A stretch of DNA of 64,000 nt from the human T2T-CHM13v2.0 reference genome, Homo sapiens. The stretch is from NCBI RefSeq assembly GCF_009914755.1, contig NC_060932.1. The stretch is one strand, 5' to 3'. Below the pieces are notes generated by a model, which worked only from the letters and a program-made list of their open reading frames with translations, did not search any database and had not been told where the DNA came from. The position numbers and the translations under genes were made by a program. Every line of letters starts with the position of its first letter. Position 1 is the stretch's first letter. Positions 38,386-53,689 of the stretch are shown piece after piece.

Positions 38386-38416
<31 letters not shown>
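38386..38416. repeat. (GT)n microsatellite
   Basis: Seen directly. Confidence 0.97.
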
Positions 38417-38420
<4 letters not shown>

Positions 38421-38620
38421 GTTTGTTTTTTTACTGTGTCTCCAATCTCTAATCATTGAGTAGATTTCATATTCTCCAGAGTATAATAGTGCAATGGCAA
38501 TTTGTAAACCGTGAAAGATAAAGTTGTAGAATTGGGAGAAGTTGGTTTTTATTTCATCATATTGTCTTCTTTCCTTAAAAACTGAACCTGAAAAACTAAT
38601 TCTGTGCTCATGGGCGGAAG

Positions 38621-38632
38621 CTCTCTCTCTCT

Positions 38633-38676
<44 letters not shown>

Positions 38677-38730
38677 TATATATATATAAACACACACACA
38701 CATATATATAATATATGTATGTATGTATGT
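38621..38730. repeat. Compound (CT)n(TA)n(CA)n(TATG)n microsatellite
   Basis: Seen directly. Confidence 0.97.
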
Positions 38731-41107
38731 AATAGTCACCCCATATATAATGCATCAGCCATTATTGAAGGTAATTTCAAGACATACAATTGAAGACAAT
38801 TATTTCCTTTTATTCCAACTTTCTAATTTTATTAGGATTTTATTATGAATGTTTTGATAGTACATACATATTTTACAGCACACCTCGTTGTTCTTAAGAG
38901 ATAAGCAAATTTACTGTGACACTGTATTAGCAGGGACTGTGTCCTTGTCAAGGAACTGGTAGATGGGGTAGCATATTCCAAGAGACTACAGCCACTGCCT
39001 CTGACCTGAAAACAGATATATTGGATTTAGTTTGTTGGACATAAGTTAATTATCAAGTTTCATTATATAAATTGTCTTCACAGAGAAAAGGCAGTAGGAT
39101 GGCTCATTACTGCAGAATCCCTTGCTCGACTTCACTGAAGCCCTTGCTCTCTAATGCCAAGAGCCACAGCCTCTGATGGAGACTTTAATTCATGGTGATA
39201 CTGCAATACAGTTCATTTCAGGATCTCTATTGTTGTGTCCCTGAGGGTTCATTCTTCTCAGTAATGGGAATGGCTCTGCTCTATAGGAGGTTAAACATAC
39301 AGAACCCTAGTGGCTTGCATGATTACTGACTTCAGAATAGTCCCTGGCACACAGATGATGTGAAAGAAGCTGTTTTTTTTGGTTTTTGTTTTTTTTTTTT
39401 TTTTTTTGGTTTTTGTTTTCCCCTGGCCTGGCAAGCAATACCACCTAATGTAGAGTTTTCTCAAAAGTCCTTTATGAGATGAAAGCTAAAAGTACACATA
39501 TACATGCATATATGCAACTGGGATAAAAATATATATACAAAAGATTCCAGGCTTATTTCACACTGAAGGAATCAAATCAGTACAGCTAATCATCAAGTTC
39601 CTCTGTAAGTATTCCTTCAGGAGGGGATTTTCACATAGAAGTTTCATGCTTGTTTGTTTAAAGCCTTAGTATAAATTTGCAGGTGATGAGAGCAACCTTC
39701 ACTCTGATAAAAGAACAGGCCAAGCTACTGATTGGAGAAAATTACATGAAGTTTTTTAATCAAAGTCTCTGTGGTCGACTGTCTGATTTTCTAGGCCAGA
39801 TGTCAAATGTTTTTCACTGATGTCAATGTTGAAGTAATCACTAAACCAATTCCAAGAATGAGTAAGTGAGATGGCAATAATGTTTCATTTCAGTACTACA
39901 TAAGGTCTCTTTCCCAGCCATGTACAAAGTAACAGGACCTCTCCGATGCCATATAATTACATAAACGATTACTTTGAATTTTTATATAGTTTTATTTCTT
40001 CAGAGTATGTGACTTTCTTATGAATGTGGGAATATGGCATGTATCTGGATGCTTTCAGCAAAATGTGAAACAAACTGCACTTACCAATTTGTTTATATTT
40101 TCAAGATTCACATTTAATTTAAAATGCAATTACACGTTTATTGTTTAATCTATTTTATGCGGTTTTTCTTTTCTGTGACAATAGTAACCAGTTATTTCTC
40201 AGATCCTAGAGCTTGCTAGAAAAGCACATTTTCTGTTGTTTGATATGCTGGGGCAATGAGTAGTTAATCTGATATATGCAGGTTTGGGGGACGGGGGGTT
40301 GTTATGTTTTATTTTTTGGATCAGTAAAGCAATCGGGATGAGACAGAAATTAGACTAAAGTAAGATGCTGAAGTTTTGATTCAGAGTTTTAGTCAAGATA
40401 TTTAATACACTACTTTTTCTATGTTCTGCATTGGCACAAATCTCCTTTCTCTGAAAACAGCAATGTCACAGAAGACACGGTTTTATTTAGGAGGCCAAAT
40501 ACTTCCCCAAACTTGTTTGAAATCAATGTTGGGATATTTTGAAGTTGTCTAAAAGAATGTGCCATATCCCCCACTGACAGGTACAACTCAGCCCAAAGAA
40601 ATTCCTTTGGCATTGTCCTCTCCTGTGGTGACACCTGGTTTCATTCCTAGAATTCTCCACCTTTTTCTCCTGCCCATCATATCATTAGCCTAAGAGGAAT
40701 AAAATGCCTAGAGAAAACAGAAACTTTAAGTCTCCTCTGAATAGAGATTCTTTGAAAAACAAAAGAATCAGGCAAAAATAATTTAAAGTAAGTTAAACTG
40801 GTATTAGTAGCTATGGATGGAACCTAAGAAGTGCTCCTCCCTACCAAAATACATTAGGATTTTCCCAACAGTGATAATTAGTAAAACTGCACCATCCCGC
40901 CCCCAACCATGTGATCATAACATCCCTATCCTCACAATATGCCAATCTCGAATGTCCACCCATCAGCTAACAAGTTCATTTCTTCCAGACAAATGTCAGG
41001 CTTTCTCATGAGGTCATTTTGATGAGTGAAAAATTTCCCATGTCATTTTCATTATTTTATATCTTTATTTTCTACTAGACTGTTGCTAAGCCTTTTTGGT
41101 TTTTAGG

Positions 41108-41545
41108 TGTCAGTTCATTACTTATTGCTGCAAACAGGTCATTCTAAATTTTAGTGACAAAATAGTAACAATTACTTTATTATTATCGTTCACAGTTCTG
41201 GGGGTTGACTGTGTTCACCTGGACAATTCTCAATTGGAACCTGGGGCTGGCATCATTTCAAAGGTTTTCCCAATCACAGTCTGGTGGTTGGTGCTGGCTG
41301 TTGACTTGAGCCTCAGCTAGAACTGTCATGGCCTCTCCATGTGACCTGGGCTTTCTCACATCAGACAGGAAGTAGAAGCTCTCAGTTCCTTACATCCTGG
41401 GGTTACACAGGCACAGAGTCACTTCTATCATATCCTGTTGGCCAAGCAGTTACAGAGCCTGAATTCAAGGAGAAGGGACACAGACTCCACTTCTTAATTG
41501 AAGGAGTATCAAAGAATTTTAGGCCATTTTTGAAAAAACGCCTTA
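41108..41545 (-). mobile_element. MLT1G/H-like MaLR LTR
   Basis: cacagttctgggggttgact...ggcctctccatgtgacctgggctttctcac...gtcacttctatcatatcctgttggccaagcagt...agactccacttcttaattgaaggagt. Confidence 0.8.
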
Positions 41546-41799
41546 TTATATTTTACCCTCAGTACACAACACAGTATAAATTGTTAAACATTTGATATAT
41601 GTATGATGACAATAAATTAAGTTGAAGCAAAATATGACAAGTGTCTAAATTAGGTCAGAATTAGTGTCAATAGATAAAAGAGGATACATATATGCAAGAG
41701 ATTTCTAGAGAGAAAAACAGAACTAAAAAGAATTGCTCTATACTATGTCTCAAGTGATTGGCTACATGTCTTGGGTGATCAGGAAGCCATTATCTGATG

Positions 41800-42005
41800 T
41801 TTCAGAAAAACCCTGAATTAGAATCACTCAGAAGAAGGTTTGGATCTCTGTACCACCGTCAATCTTGGGCATAATAGTTTATGTTTCTCAGTCTCAGTTA
41901 AATAGTATCTATAAGTGAGGATAATAATGATTATCTTCCAGAGTTTTTGGAAAGATTAGAAATCATGCCTGGTAACTATTCAGCACACAATAAGTTATAC
42001 AAATA
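41800..42005 (+). mobile_element. MIR
   Basis: cttgggcataatagtttatgtttctcagtctcagtt...gaggataataatg...agagtttttggaaagattag. Confidence 0.65.
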
Positions 42006-42294
42006 TAGACAATCCAGTGATTCAAAGAAAACAATTAAGAAACTTTTAGTATATGTTAGTTTCTTTTGAATAATGTTTTCTATTGAAATGACATGATTAA
42101 ATCTTTTAATTTTGTGTTATTGTAATGAATTAATCTTTCATAGCCTTTGATGAGAAGCTTAATATCTTGATTTAATTGTGGAAATAGTCTACATACTGTG
42201 CATTCCATCAAATATTGAACTTGTGAATTGCTAACGTTATCTAAACCTGGTCAGTCAATTTAACAATTACTTTTTTTAATTTAACAAATTTTTT

Positions 42295-42350
42295 AAATTT
42301 AACAGTTTAAAAAATTATTAAATTTAACAATTTAAAAAATTATTAAATTT
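42295..42350. repeat. 25-bp AT-rich tandem repeat (~2.2 copies)
   Basis: aaatttaacagtttaaaaaattatt / aaatttaacaatttaaaaaattatt / aaattt. Confidence 0.85.
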
Positions 42351-43689
42351 CCTTATGAATATTTGCTATCCTAAAAATTATTTGTCTGTTTTGATCTCTT
42401 TCATGATTTTGGATATCAATAATTATGCCTCACAAGAGTATATTTTGTTTACAAGATATTTATTGACAACATATCTATAAGATCAATGCTGATGAAACAC
42501 AATTACAAATCCTAAATTTTAGTAATTTTTTAATTTGAGAGAGGTTATCTTCTAAAGTTTTAAATTAAATTGTATTTTTACTCTGTGAGAAGAATTTTGT
42601 ATCATCTTTGCTTCTTTACATCTCCTAGACGTATGCTGATGCAGAGAAAAGTAGGTATAGTCAGCAGAACTTATTCAATAATTTCAACAACACAGAAAGA
42701 ACTTGTTTCATATGCACAAATCCTATCCTGATTTTTTAATATCCAAAATAGACAATTTGGTTGAACATTAATATATGCAAACTAAATCCATTGTCACTTC
42801 AGGTTTTTAAAAAACAATTATAATAGTCATTTTGGGAAGAAAGGGGCATGTATTCCATGGCCTTTTTATAGAACTATTGACTGCCTTTAAGAGTGTATAG
42901 AAACCATTATCCTTGCCATATTGCAGGTTACTTTTTCAACTTAAAAATAAAATCTATAGACCATGTTGAATAATCTCTCTTGCAAGACCATCATCCTACC
43001 TCATTGAAACACTGTGATAAGATATTCAATGGGTATGAATACACTTTACTTATCATTGAGTTTTTTAAAAGGTTCATGTAACTAGATTCACATTTTATGC
43101 TGAACTGGACTCCATTTTTAATTCCTATGGCCATTGATGGATGAAACACACAAAAAAGGATAAATCTGTAGCCGGTGAGTCTCATGTTTATAACTTCTGA
43201 AAAAGCAGATTCAGAACACTCAAAAAGTTAGAATGACATATGGAGATTTCCTCAATTACATGTGAATCAGATGATCTGTGGTATTTAATTACTTTAATAA
43301 AATGCTTTTCTTAACCACGGTCTCAAGAGAAGAAAATTATAACTGCAAGACACAATTGCTACTTGACTTTTTAGGTGATAAACAAGAATAATAGTTGGTC
43401 ATTTATTATTTATAAAAAGGCAACATGATTCTATACAAATAACACAGGTCTTGTAATAAAAATCCCTAAGTTAAATTCCTCCTGTCTCTTTGGGACGGGT
43501 TTGGGGTATCGGTTTCATTTTTTGCTGCTTGTTTGTTTATTTGCTTGCTTTTGAAAGATGGAGATACTATAATATGTCAAAAATATTTTGTGAGCGTCTA
43601 CTAAGTTAACAAACGAGAAAGATTCTAACATAGTTCTGGCCCATGGTAGATAGTAAACAAATGTTAATTTTTTGATTACTTTATATTAG

Positions 43690-44450
<761 letters not shown>

Positions 44451-45039
44451 TCTTACCTAATTCAATGTTTTCACTTATATCTCACTTATAGTAAATAAAT
44501 ATCTAGTAAATATGCTCACCATTTAGAATTTAAAAAATAGAAGATTTTACAATGTAGAAAATAAACACTGAAAAACCCAAGTCATTAATCTGAGAAAATT
44601 TGGGTTAAATAAATTTTTTTCACTGCTATATTTTGTTTAAAAATGACTTAGTAGGGTTCTAAATATAATTATTCTGAAATCTGTTTTTTATATTTTGCAC
44701 TTCTAACCATACATCAGGACATGTCAGTAGTTATCAAGTAATTATTATATCTCCCTTATATGAGAAAGGAGAAAATTTTTCCTTTAAGTTTGAAATTTTA
44801 GGAAATGCAAATCTTGAAATGAAATCTTGAAATATTTTCATTAAGTATGAAAATCATCTCTATTGGATAATAAAGACTATAGAGTTATAAAACATAAGGG
44901 CTGGAAAAAAACTGACATGTAATTTGGCCCCTAAATTCCACTTTATAAATTAAGAATCAGAGATCCTAGGCCATTAATTAATTGACTTGGCCAAAATTGG
45001 TTATATAGGGACAGTCTGCTGCCAAAAATCAACCTCCAT

Positions 45040-45945
45040 AAGGACTCTATTCTTAGCATATAAGGTCAAAGTTTCTTAGATTGCATTTAACCTCAGACCA
45101 CTATTATCACAATCTAATGTCACAACTGCGCTAAACAGCCCACCATTGCCTGAACAAAATGGACTCTCTCCTTTCTTTATGTCTTTGCAAATGCTTATCT
45201 TTATCTTCTGTCTAGAATACCGTTCCCATTTTATCACCCTGACAAACTCCTACTGAACTTGCAAGACCCAGCTCAAGTACCACTTACCCCTGCCTTCATT
45301 ACCACCAAACGCTGTATTTGGATGACCCCATTGCGGTTATTCAGACCACAGTTTATATTTGCTCACCTTGTTTTCTATTTATAATTAGTTATGTTTTTAT
45401 TTCCATTTTTTTTAATCTCTTCCCTGTGAGAGAATTAATTCTTCATGCTTACCTCTTGCCCCACAACCTTCAGTGCCTTTCTATGGGGTGGGTTTCTTAC
45501 TCTGTTGTTATCAGCTTTGGCCACATGGCTTGCTTTGGTTAATGAAATTTGTGTGGAGGTTACATGTGTCACAAAGAAGCATTAAAAACCTTTTTTCCCC
45601 CTCCAGTTATGTTACAAAAATGACATGTCTCAAGTGGAGCCTTGTCCTTCAGTCTCAATCCTGGAATGAAAAAGCTATGTTGGGTAAAGCCATGGCCAAT
45701 TCATAGCCAATACAGTCAATATTTAATGTGAGAGATAAAGTAGGATCCTGAGATTTGAGGATTTTTTATAACTGCAGCATTATCTAATGAAAGATAATAC
45801 ATAGGTGTGCACATATTTCCCTCTGGTACTATTAAAGTAAACATCTTAAGGGCAGGCACTATGTCTCATTTATTTTTTGTATTTCAAACTTCTTGTTCAA
45901 TTTCTGATACATAAGAGGTGCTCAATGTTTTATGAATAAATGGAT
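45040..45945 (+). mobile_element. L2 fragment split by the MLT1 LTR
   Basis: tctagaatac...gacaaactcctact...caagacccagctcaag, and 3' end agggcaggcactatgtc...ggtgctcaatg...gaataaatgga. Confidence 0.7.
45425..45801 (+). mobile_element. MLT1H/I-like MaLR LTR
   Basis: TG start; tttggccacatggcttgctttggttaatgaaat; ends ctgagatttgagg...gataataca. Confidence 0.75.
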
Positions 45946-46051
45946 GGAGTCTTATTACATGATGCTGTAGCTGTAATGTCTGAGGATTCATATCTTCCAA
46001 TGGTTTACAATCTGAATAAATTTACAGTGATACAGAAAAACAAAAGATTTG

Positions 46052-46382
46052 CAGTGGTCTCTCATTGTTTATGAAGGATACATTCCAAGACCCCCAGTAG
46101 ATGCCTGAAACCACAGATAGTATTGAATCCTATATGTACTGTGTTTTTTCCTGTACATACATACCTATGATAAAGTTTAGTTTATAAATCAGGCACAGTG
46201 AGAGATTAATAATAATAATAATAATAATAAGCCAAAACAACTATAATAATATCAGAATGGCACCCAATTTAAAACTTATAAATTATTCCTTTCTGAACAT
46301 TTTTATTTAGTATTTTCAGATCACAGTCTACCACAGGTAGCTGAAACCATGGACAGAGAAGCTGTGGATAAGGGGACTACTG
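46052..46382. mobile_element. MER44A (Tigger7-derived), opposite orientation to the copy at 3527
   Basis: ggatacattccaagacccccagtagatgcctgaaacc...ggataaggggactactg followed by TA; internal (AAT)n. Confidence 0.9.
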
Positions 46383-46863
46383 TATAAAACAGAATAAGAA
46401 TGTTGCACAGATGCATCCAGGGGCAATAGAATTATTCACAGGATATTCTGGTCATCTGCAAGTTGGAAAGAAGTCAATTGTAAATTTTTTGCTGGGGGTT
46501 GAAGAATAAGAGGAGTAGAGCTTAAACTTCGAGGTTGAGATAAATTGGGTCCAGTAAAAATCATTAATCTCTTTCTGATCAATCTAGATGGATTTATAGA
46601 GGATGTGGATTTTTAGGGGTCATCTGCAGAACAAAGAGATATATGGTTATGTTAATAAGAGGCAGAAAGATTCACATAGTTTTAATGTGGGAAATAAGAT
46701 ATTTTACATAATTTTGGTATTACACACAAATGTAAAATGAATAAGGTAAAATAAGATCATGTAATATATTATCTTTTTCTAGAAGTATTTCACCGCTTAT
46801 TTTCTAGGTTCAGTACTCCAGCAGAAATGTATTACCAAATATTAATTTAAAAATAAAGTTATA

Positions 46864-47163
<300 letters not shown>

Positions 47164-49549
47164 TCAAGCTTCAATTTTTAAATCAAAAGTATGCCCATTT
47201 GTTTTTCTCAAAGATTTTTCTAAAGTTTTTTATTCTATCTGTATTTTAATTTTTAGTTTATGTATTATCTTTTGGAAAGTTGGGGCTCTGTTGTTTAGAG
47301 CAGTCAAATGTCCAAATTAAGTAAATATACTCTCATCTATTTCTATTTTATTCACTGATTTCAATGATTGATTTAAAATATAATCACTAAAATGTTTGAA
47401 ATAATTTAGGCATATACTAATAAGCACTCAATAGAGGATCTGATCAGTGTGTAGTTTCACAAACTTCACACTGGGCAACAGTTGTGAAACTTAATAGGAG
47501 ACATATGTGATGAAAGCTAGAGTAGAGAACGTATTTGTAGTTAAGCCAAACACAATCTCACCTATGAGCTTAGTTCTCACTCATTTGGGACTGTGCTAAA
47601 TCAGAATCAAGGCAGTCTGCATGAAGAGTATTGATTTTTATTTTAGAGACTATTGCATGACTTACCAAACTGATAAGAAATATCATTAGGAAGTGATATA
47701 ATATGCTCTTAAGAGTCCACTTGTGAAAGTTCCATAGATAGAAAATCATATCTCATGCTTAGCCAACATTACATCATGCTGTATTCCAACAGGCATTATG
47801 GAAGAATTTCTGGGACTTTGATGAAAATCTGCTAGTCATATTTGTAGATATAATCATGTCACTCTGGGCAGAATGAACTGTTTACAATTAGACATTTAGA
47901 AGTTCTCAAAATTTAACTCCTTTAATCTGCTTGAAAATCTGTATTCTCTTTGCCCAACCATACACCACAATAATTATTTCTGTAGGTGAACTAACTCCTA
48001 CTCTATATATTTGGTAATTTCTAGGCTGAATAGTACTTACGTGAATTTTAGGAAATTTGGATTTCTTCACAATACACAGCATGGATCATCTGTGATTTGT
48101 TTAATAATGTATCATTTGATGCACACGTTTCATGCATTGTTTCTCATGACTGTGTTTTTTATGGGTTAAAGTTAGACTTTGGGAAAAAAGAACATTGAGA
48201 TATGCAAAAAGCATCATTTCTAACATGGAGGATAATGAGCCACTGTGGTATGTGTAGACATTAAAAATTCATCTGAAAATTTGCTATTGGTTTATATCTC
48301 CAAATGCACCATGGGGGCAATTATGGAATCCTACAAGTTTCACATTGTATTCAATATCTCTATGCCATACTTTTTAACAAAAAAGAATTAATAGGGAATA
48401 TAAATTAAATGCAGTAGAGAATATTGCTTCTACTGAAGGAAAAAAGCAATAACTAAAACGCTATTTGTATATTACTAGTGAATTTTTCTCATTGCTCTTA
48501 TTGTATTAGACATTTCTGTTTACCATCTTCTGAAAAAAAAATCTGTTGAATTTTTCTCACTACTGAAATTTCCAAATTTGTTGTTATTTATATAAACATA
48601 TAAACAAATAAAAACAACAAAAATATATCAGAGTGCTGGACCCCATGTAATGATTGGCCAAAGTAAAACAAACTGACAAAAACTATTTCAAGTATTACAT
48701 ATTATCTGTAATATGACACAATTTTAGCATCTAAAAAATTGTTGAAATTATCTCACGTTAAATATTAGCGTATAATGTCCAAGACAGCTATAAAGTTATT
48801 AAACTTAATATAGAAAATTCATATTTAAAATTGTATTTCCTTTTTGTTTTATGTGTGTATGGGGGGTGCATAAAATAGTTAAATTCTTTAAAAAATAAGT
48901 TGTTTTAATCAATTAAGAAGTTTAATCCTATAAAACAAAAAGTAACTAGAGATTTTGTTTAAGTTAGTGAACATTTTCTCATGCAGTTCTCAGCCTAGAA
49001 GTCATTCTTTTATTGCTAAAAATTAAAGTCATCTGTACTACACATACATTTTACAAAACCCTCCACACACAGAAACACATGCACACACACACAGACATAC
49101 AGTGGGCCAGCAGCTTTGTAAATGTCACACTTGGAAATTGTGGAACACCTCATGTTCCAATCTTTCTACCAGTCTATTCAGTAGCATCCCCTCAAAATGA
49201 AATAAAACACTAAAACAACAAACAGTGTAATTACCGCTAAACAATAATTTCATGATAAATCTTTATAATACCTATGGGACCTGGAGCAATTGCTAGTAGA
49301 GAGTTAAGATTTCTTGACTACCAGTGAATCATCACTGATGGAAGGAACTGACCAGATCAATGTAGGATATGGACTGGCCTGGGCACAGAAAACAAGCAGT
49401 GGGTGATGAAAGTGCGGGGTGATAATGGAAGGAAAGGACAACGACCACACGTTCCCTTTAATGCCCCTGACTAGGGGATCACTCATATTTTAGAGAGGAG
49501 GAATTATAACAACATTTGAAAACCACTCTTGTTCTATGTATACATTATT

Positions 49550-49725
49550 TATGGGCAATATGATGTACTGCTTAAATACTGTTTTGAAATCAGTGAGTCC
49601 TGAGTTTAATTTTGGTCCTAATATTTACAGTTATGCAAACTAGACTACTTATTGCCTCTACACCCTCCTTTCCTTATTGGATGAATTATCAATAGTAAAA
49701 TAAACCACCCAGCTAGGGTTCATGA
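49550..49725 (+). mobile_element. MIR, degenerate
   Basis: gggcaatatgatgtactgcttaaa...cctgagtttaatttt head-like sequence. Confidence 0.5.
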
Positions 49726-52700
49726 ATCTCAAACCAGCAAAAGGTCCTCAGATACACAGCACCTGTGCCTGGCTCTTTAAGTGCCCCTGGTCATCCTAGT
49801 CATCTTAGGAGATCTAGCTCTTCAGCAAACTGTTTATAATTCATGGCATAATTCTATTGCATGAGGTTGATTTTATTTCTAAATCTATTTTTTTCCATTT
49901 GTATGGTTGTTATATTATGAGGACTCAAGTTAAATGAACTTCATGTATTTTTTAAAAAAAGGTAGCTGAACCAAGTAGAAATAAATAATCCTACTTCCCA
50001 AATATAGCAGGAAGAGCACCACTTCCTCAGACATATTTTTAATATGCCACTGATTATATAATGTGTATATTTTATTTATAAAATACAATACACACAGTCA
50101 GACATTTATAACCTGAGTATCATCTAAATTCAGATTAATGTTAAATGGATATCCTTTACATTCCATATTTCTTATTGACTACATTACAAATCATGCAAAT
50201 TTAGTCCTAAAGGTATCAATATTATAATTAACTGCACAGTTGAACTTTCTTATTGGCTTTAGATTTTTTTAAGACAAAGAATAGAGCAGAATAAACAGAC
50301 AACCTTCTGATAACTTTTTGTAAACCAAAATAGAGTTGGAAATGGCAGTAGTCCAAACTCATCACACTGGAGATCACACAGATGGGGAGATAAAAGTTGC
50401 CCACGTGAGCCCCTTGACAATGCTCAGTATTTTGTTCAGAATCTCAGGTAAGCCACCTGCATGCTGATGACATCACAAAAATAAAGGCCAAGGGCTGATT
50501 ACTGGCTGGGTGCTCTTTATTATCATATATCAGGTGTCACCTGCAATTTCATGTCTCTGGCAATGCGACAGAATCCATCTGTCATCCCTCCTGTGGATCT
50601 TAGTCCATTTTCTCTGCTCTTTGGAAACAAGCTCTTACATTGTGTGGGAGTACTAAGGAGCTGGCCCATTTTCTGAGACTGGCTGTGAAATAAATAAGAC
50701 AACGGTTAAAGAAAACAAGCTGATGTTTTCTACCCAGTGCCAGCAAAGGAAATGTCCTGTTTCTCTGTAGTATTAGTATATCAAACTATACCTGGTTCAG
50801 GACTTCAGGGATGTTGTTGACCTGTCCCAGTATGGAGCCCAGACACTCAATGAAGCAGAGACCTTTACGCACAGGGGTGTGTTAAAAATGCAATTGTATC
50901 ATAACAAAGCCTGTGAAGCATTCCTAGTGATGCACCTTCTCAGACAGGCTTCAAACAAGACAGATACTTTACTGGAAGAATTCTGGGTGTTTCACTTTTT
51001 ATGAACAAGCACCTAAAGAATGGGGGGTGGGGGGATGGTAAAACTTATCTTAAGTACAAATCACATTTCCCATTGAGGTTCACTCTACTAGAGAGATACA
51101 GAACAGGACCCCTTTCTGTCTGCAAAATTTGCGCTGTCCCCACAAAGCCTCCCTTAATAAGCTTATCTGTATCTTCAAAGAAAAAAGGCCAAGATATAGA
51201 GTTCATGAAATTTCAGATTCTGGAAATGTTCTACTAATGGCTAATTTAAAACGAAAAATCAGGAGCAAACTACATATCGGTATGTAGAGAAAAAGAACAT
51301 TTCTGTATACAAAAATAGTGCTTTGTAGCCTCTGAACAAACAGGAGTTAATAAATAAAAGGAACCACTGGAATAACATGGGATGATTTGTCTATCATTTT
51401 TAACTGGGATGTCATTAAAATGAACACTTGAAACAGATTTTACATGCTTTTGAAAATGTGAGAATAGGAGGGAGCCTTGTCTATTCACAGTAAAGGATGA
51501 TGAGCTCTACTTGGGTGCAGGAGAATGTTCATGCAGCAGTCACACTAGAGATAAAGCACCATTTCCTTTTATAGAGAGTCACATGCTGAAATGCAGAAAG
51601 TTATGTTTTATCCAGATGAGTTGAAAACTGTTGAGCAAGTTCTGGGATTTCTTCACCATATTGTGCAAGCTGGAGAACTTATTATCAAGTAAGTTTTGTC
51701 ATAGTAGGTAAAAACACATTTGTATTAAAAGTAATTCAGAATGTGCAGTGGACTCCTCAATTCTGAATTAGAGTGGACAGTTATGGAGTTGGTATTCCAA
51801 TACATGTTGCATTACAATAGTCTTGATTCTGTAAGAAGCTTTAGGTCTCTTTCAATGTCAATTACCAGGCAGGGTTTCCAAACCTTGCATTTGTCACAAT
51901 TATATTTGAACTTGTTTCTGGTTGATTGGTGGGTTGTCTGAAACTACTCAGATGGTGAAACCCAAGGTGGAAAGAAAAGGTAAGGTGGGGACTACAAAAG
52001 ATCAAGGGGACCTCAGTTTCACTAAGGTTCTAGTTTCTAAAGCCTATATGACAAAGAATAAATCCTAAGGAATAGAATCAGGGAAGCCCTGGTGTAAGAT
52101 GTCATAATGAAATATTCATGATTGGAAACAAAACTAATGCTTCAGAGAAACCAAAGTGAAAATCTGTTATGGAGATATATTTTTAATTATTAGTAATCAA
52201 TCTCTTATTTGAACCAGACTGATCATGTTCACTGGTGGCAGGTTTTGTCTCTTAATGATGGATTTGATTTTGGATAATAGTAATTTTCTTTTCGTATCCC
52301 ATTTTCTCTTCTTTCACAAAATTCAATATTTTTTAATACATGAATATAGTATTTAAGAACACAGTATTTTGGACCCTAGGCCTCTGATCATTGAAATAGA
52401 TTCTCTTTTATCTGCCCTGGCACTCATGTCCACCATGTGGTATACTGGGGAGAGAAGAGGGAGGGGCAATATCGTTATATTCACTTACTTAAGAACACAC
52501 CCCTGAATCATTATATATTAAAAGTTTGGATTTTTCATATGTGAATTCTCAAAACCATGGTTGTCAAAGATTTTGCAGTATATGCATGTGTGATGAAAAT
52601 ATAATATTTATGCATAGTGCATCTAAGGCTCGTTTCCCCAACCCCCAGCCTAGTTAGAGAAAGTTATAGGTACATTTTTCACGAATCACAACAAAGCCAA

Positions 52701-53689
52701 TAGTTTCTCACTACCAGTGCGAGTGCTAGAAGCCTAAATCCTCTCTCTCCCCTTGGCCTGCTCCCAGTATCCCAGGGCAGTGTGCTCCTAGCAGGTCTTT
52801 GAAATCCATCCCTCCAACTTCCTGCTTTTGTCAGCACTGTGAACTGTGCAGCACCAGGCCCAGCTTAGGATCTCAACACTGGGGTTCCATGGGACAGTTC
52901 TTCACTTCTACTTGTTTTCTATGGCTGCTTTGAGTTACTGTCACCACGTTCGAGATTGCTGCTGTACACTATCAAGGAAATTTTTGTTGTTCCTTGAATT
53001 CAGAAACTTCCTGAACTCCCAAGATGATGGCACCATCTTTTCCATGCTGGGGATAAATAGGGAAGTCTCTTTTTTAACCAAGCATCATTATTTATGTGAC
53101 TCATTCAGGGACAGGACTGTATTGAAACAGAGCTGGGGCTACCTCTCCTTGGCTTGACTGAAGCCAAGTGTAAGAGCTTAGAGACCCCACATTTGCAAAG
53201 GAATTGGATTTAGTCTCTCAAGTTATTTTCCACTCCCTTTGTCCCTCCTCCATTCTGGAACAAGATTTCTCCCATCTTGTATCTTGGATTTGGCCTCACA
53301 TCCACCCTTTAAGAAAGACAGAGAGAAGGAGAGACTTTTATAGACTTAAAAAGAGTGAAGGCAATTGTTTTCCTCTAAGAGCATTAACCTTCAAAGTTGA
53401 TTACCACTTTCAACTGTAAATAAATCTTTTTCTCAAGAGTAGATGTTACTTTACTAGTGTCTATTTTTTCCTCTGTTATTTTCTGCAGTTGTGAGGTGGA
53501 ATTCAAAGTATATATCATACTGTATGTTACCTTAGTAAAGAAGTCAAATTTATTAATTAGCTATGGTACTGTCTGTTTTAATACTATAAGTAGAGTGACT
53601 ACTTTAAAAAGCATTAACACATTTATACATATTACAAAATAATATATTTTGTCATTTTATTGAGTAAATAGAAGCAAAAATGCTATTCA

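Noticed and set aside
51022-51038. G-rich runs as G-quadruplexes (also ~40285 and ~61177)
   Set aside because: They lack four well-spaced G3 tracts; at best weak two-tier structures.
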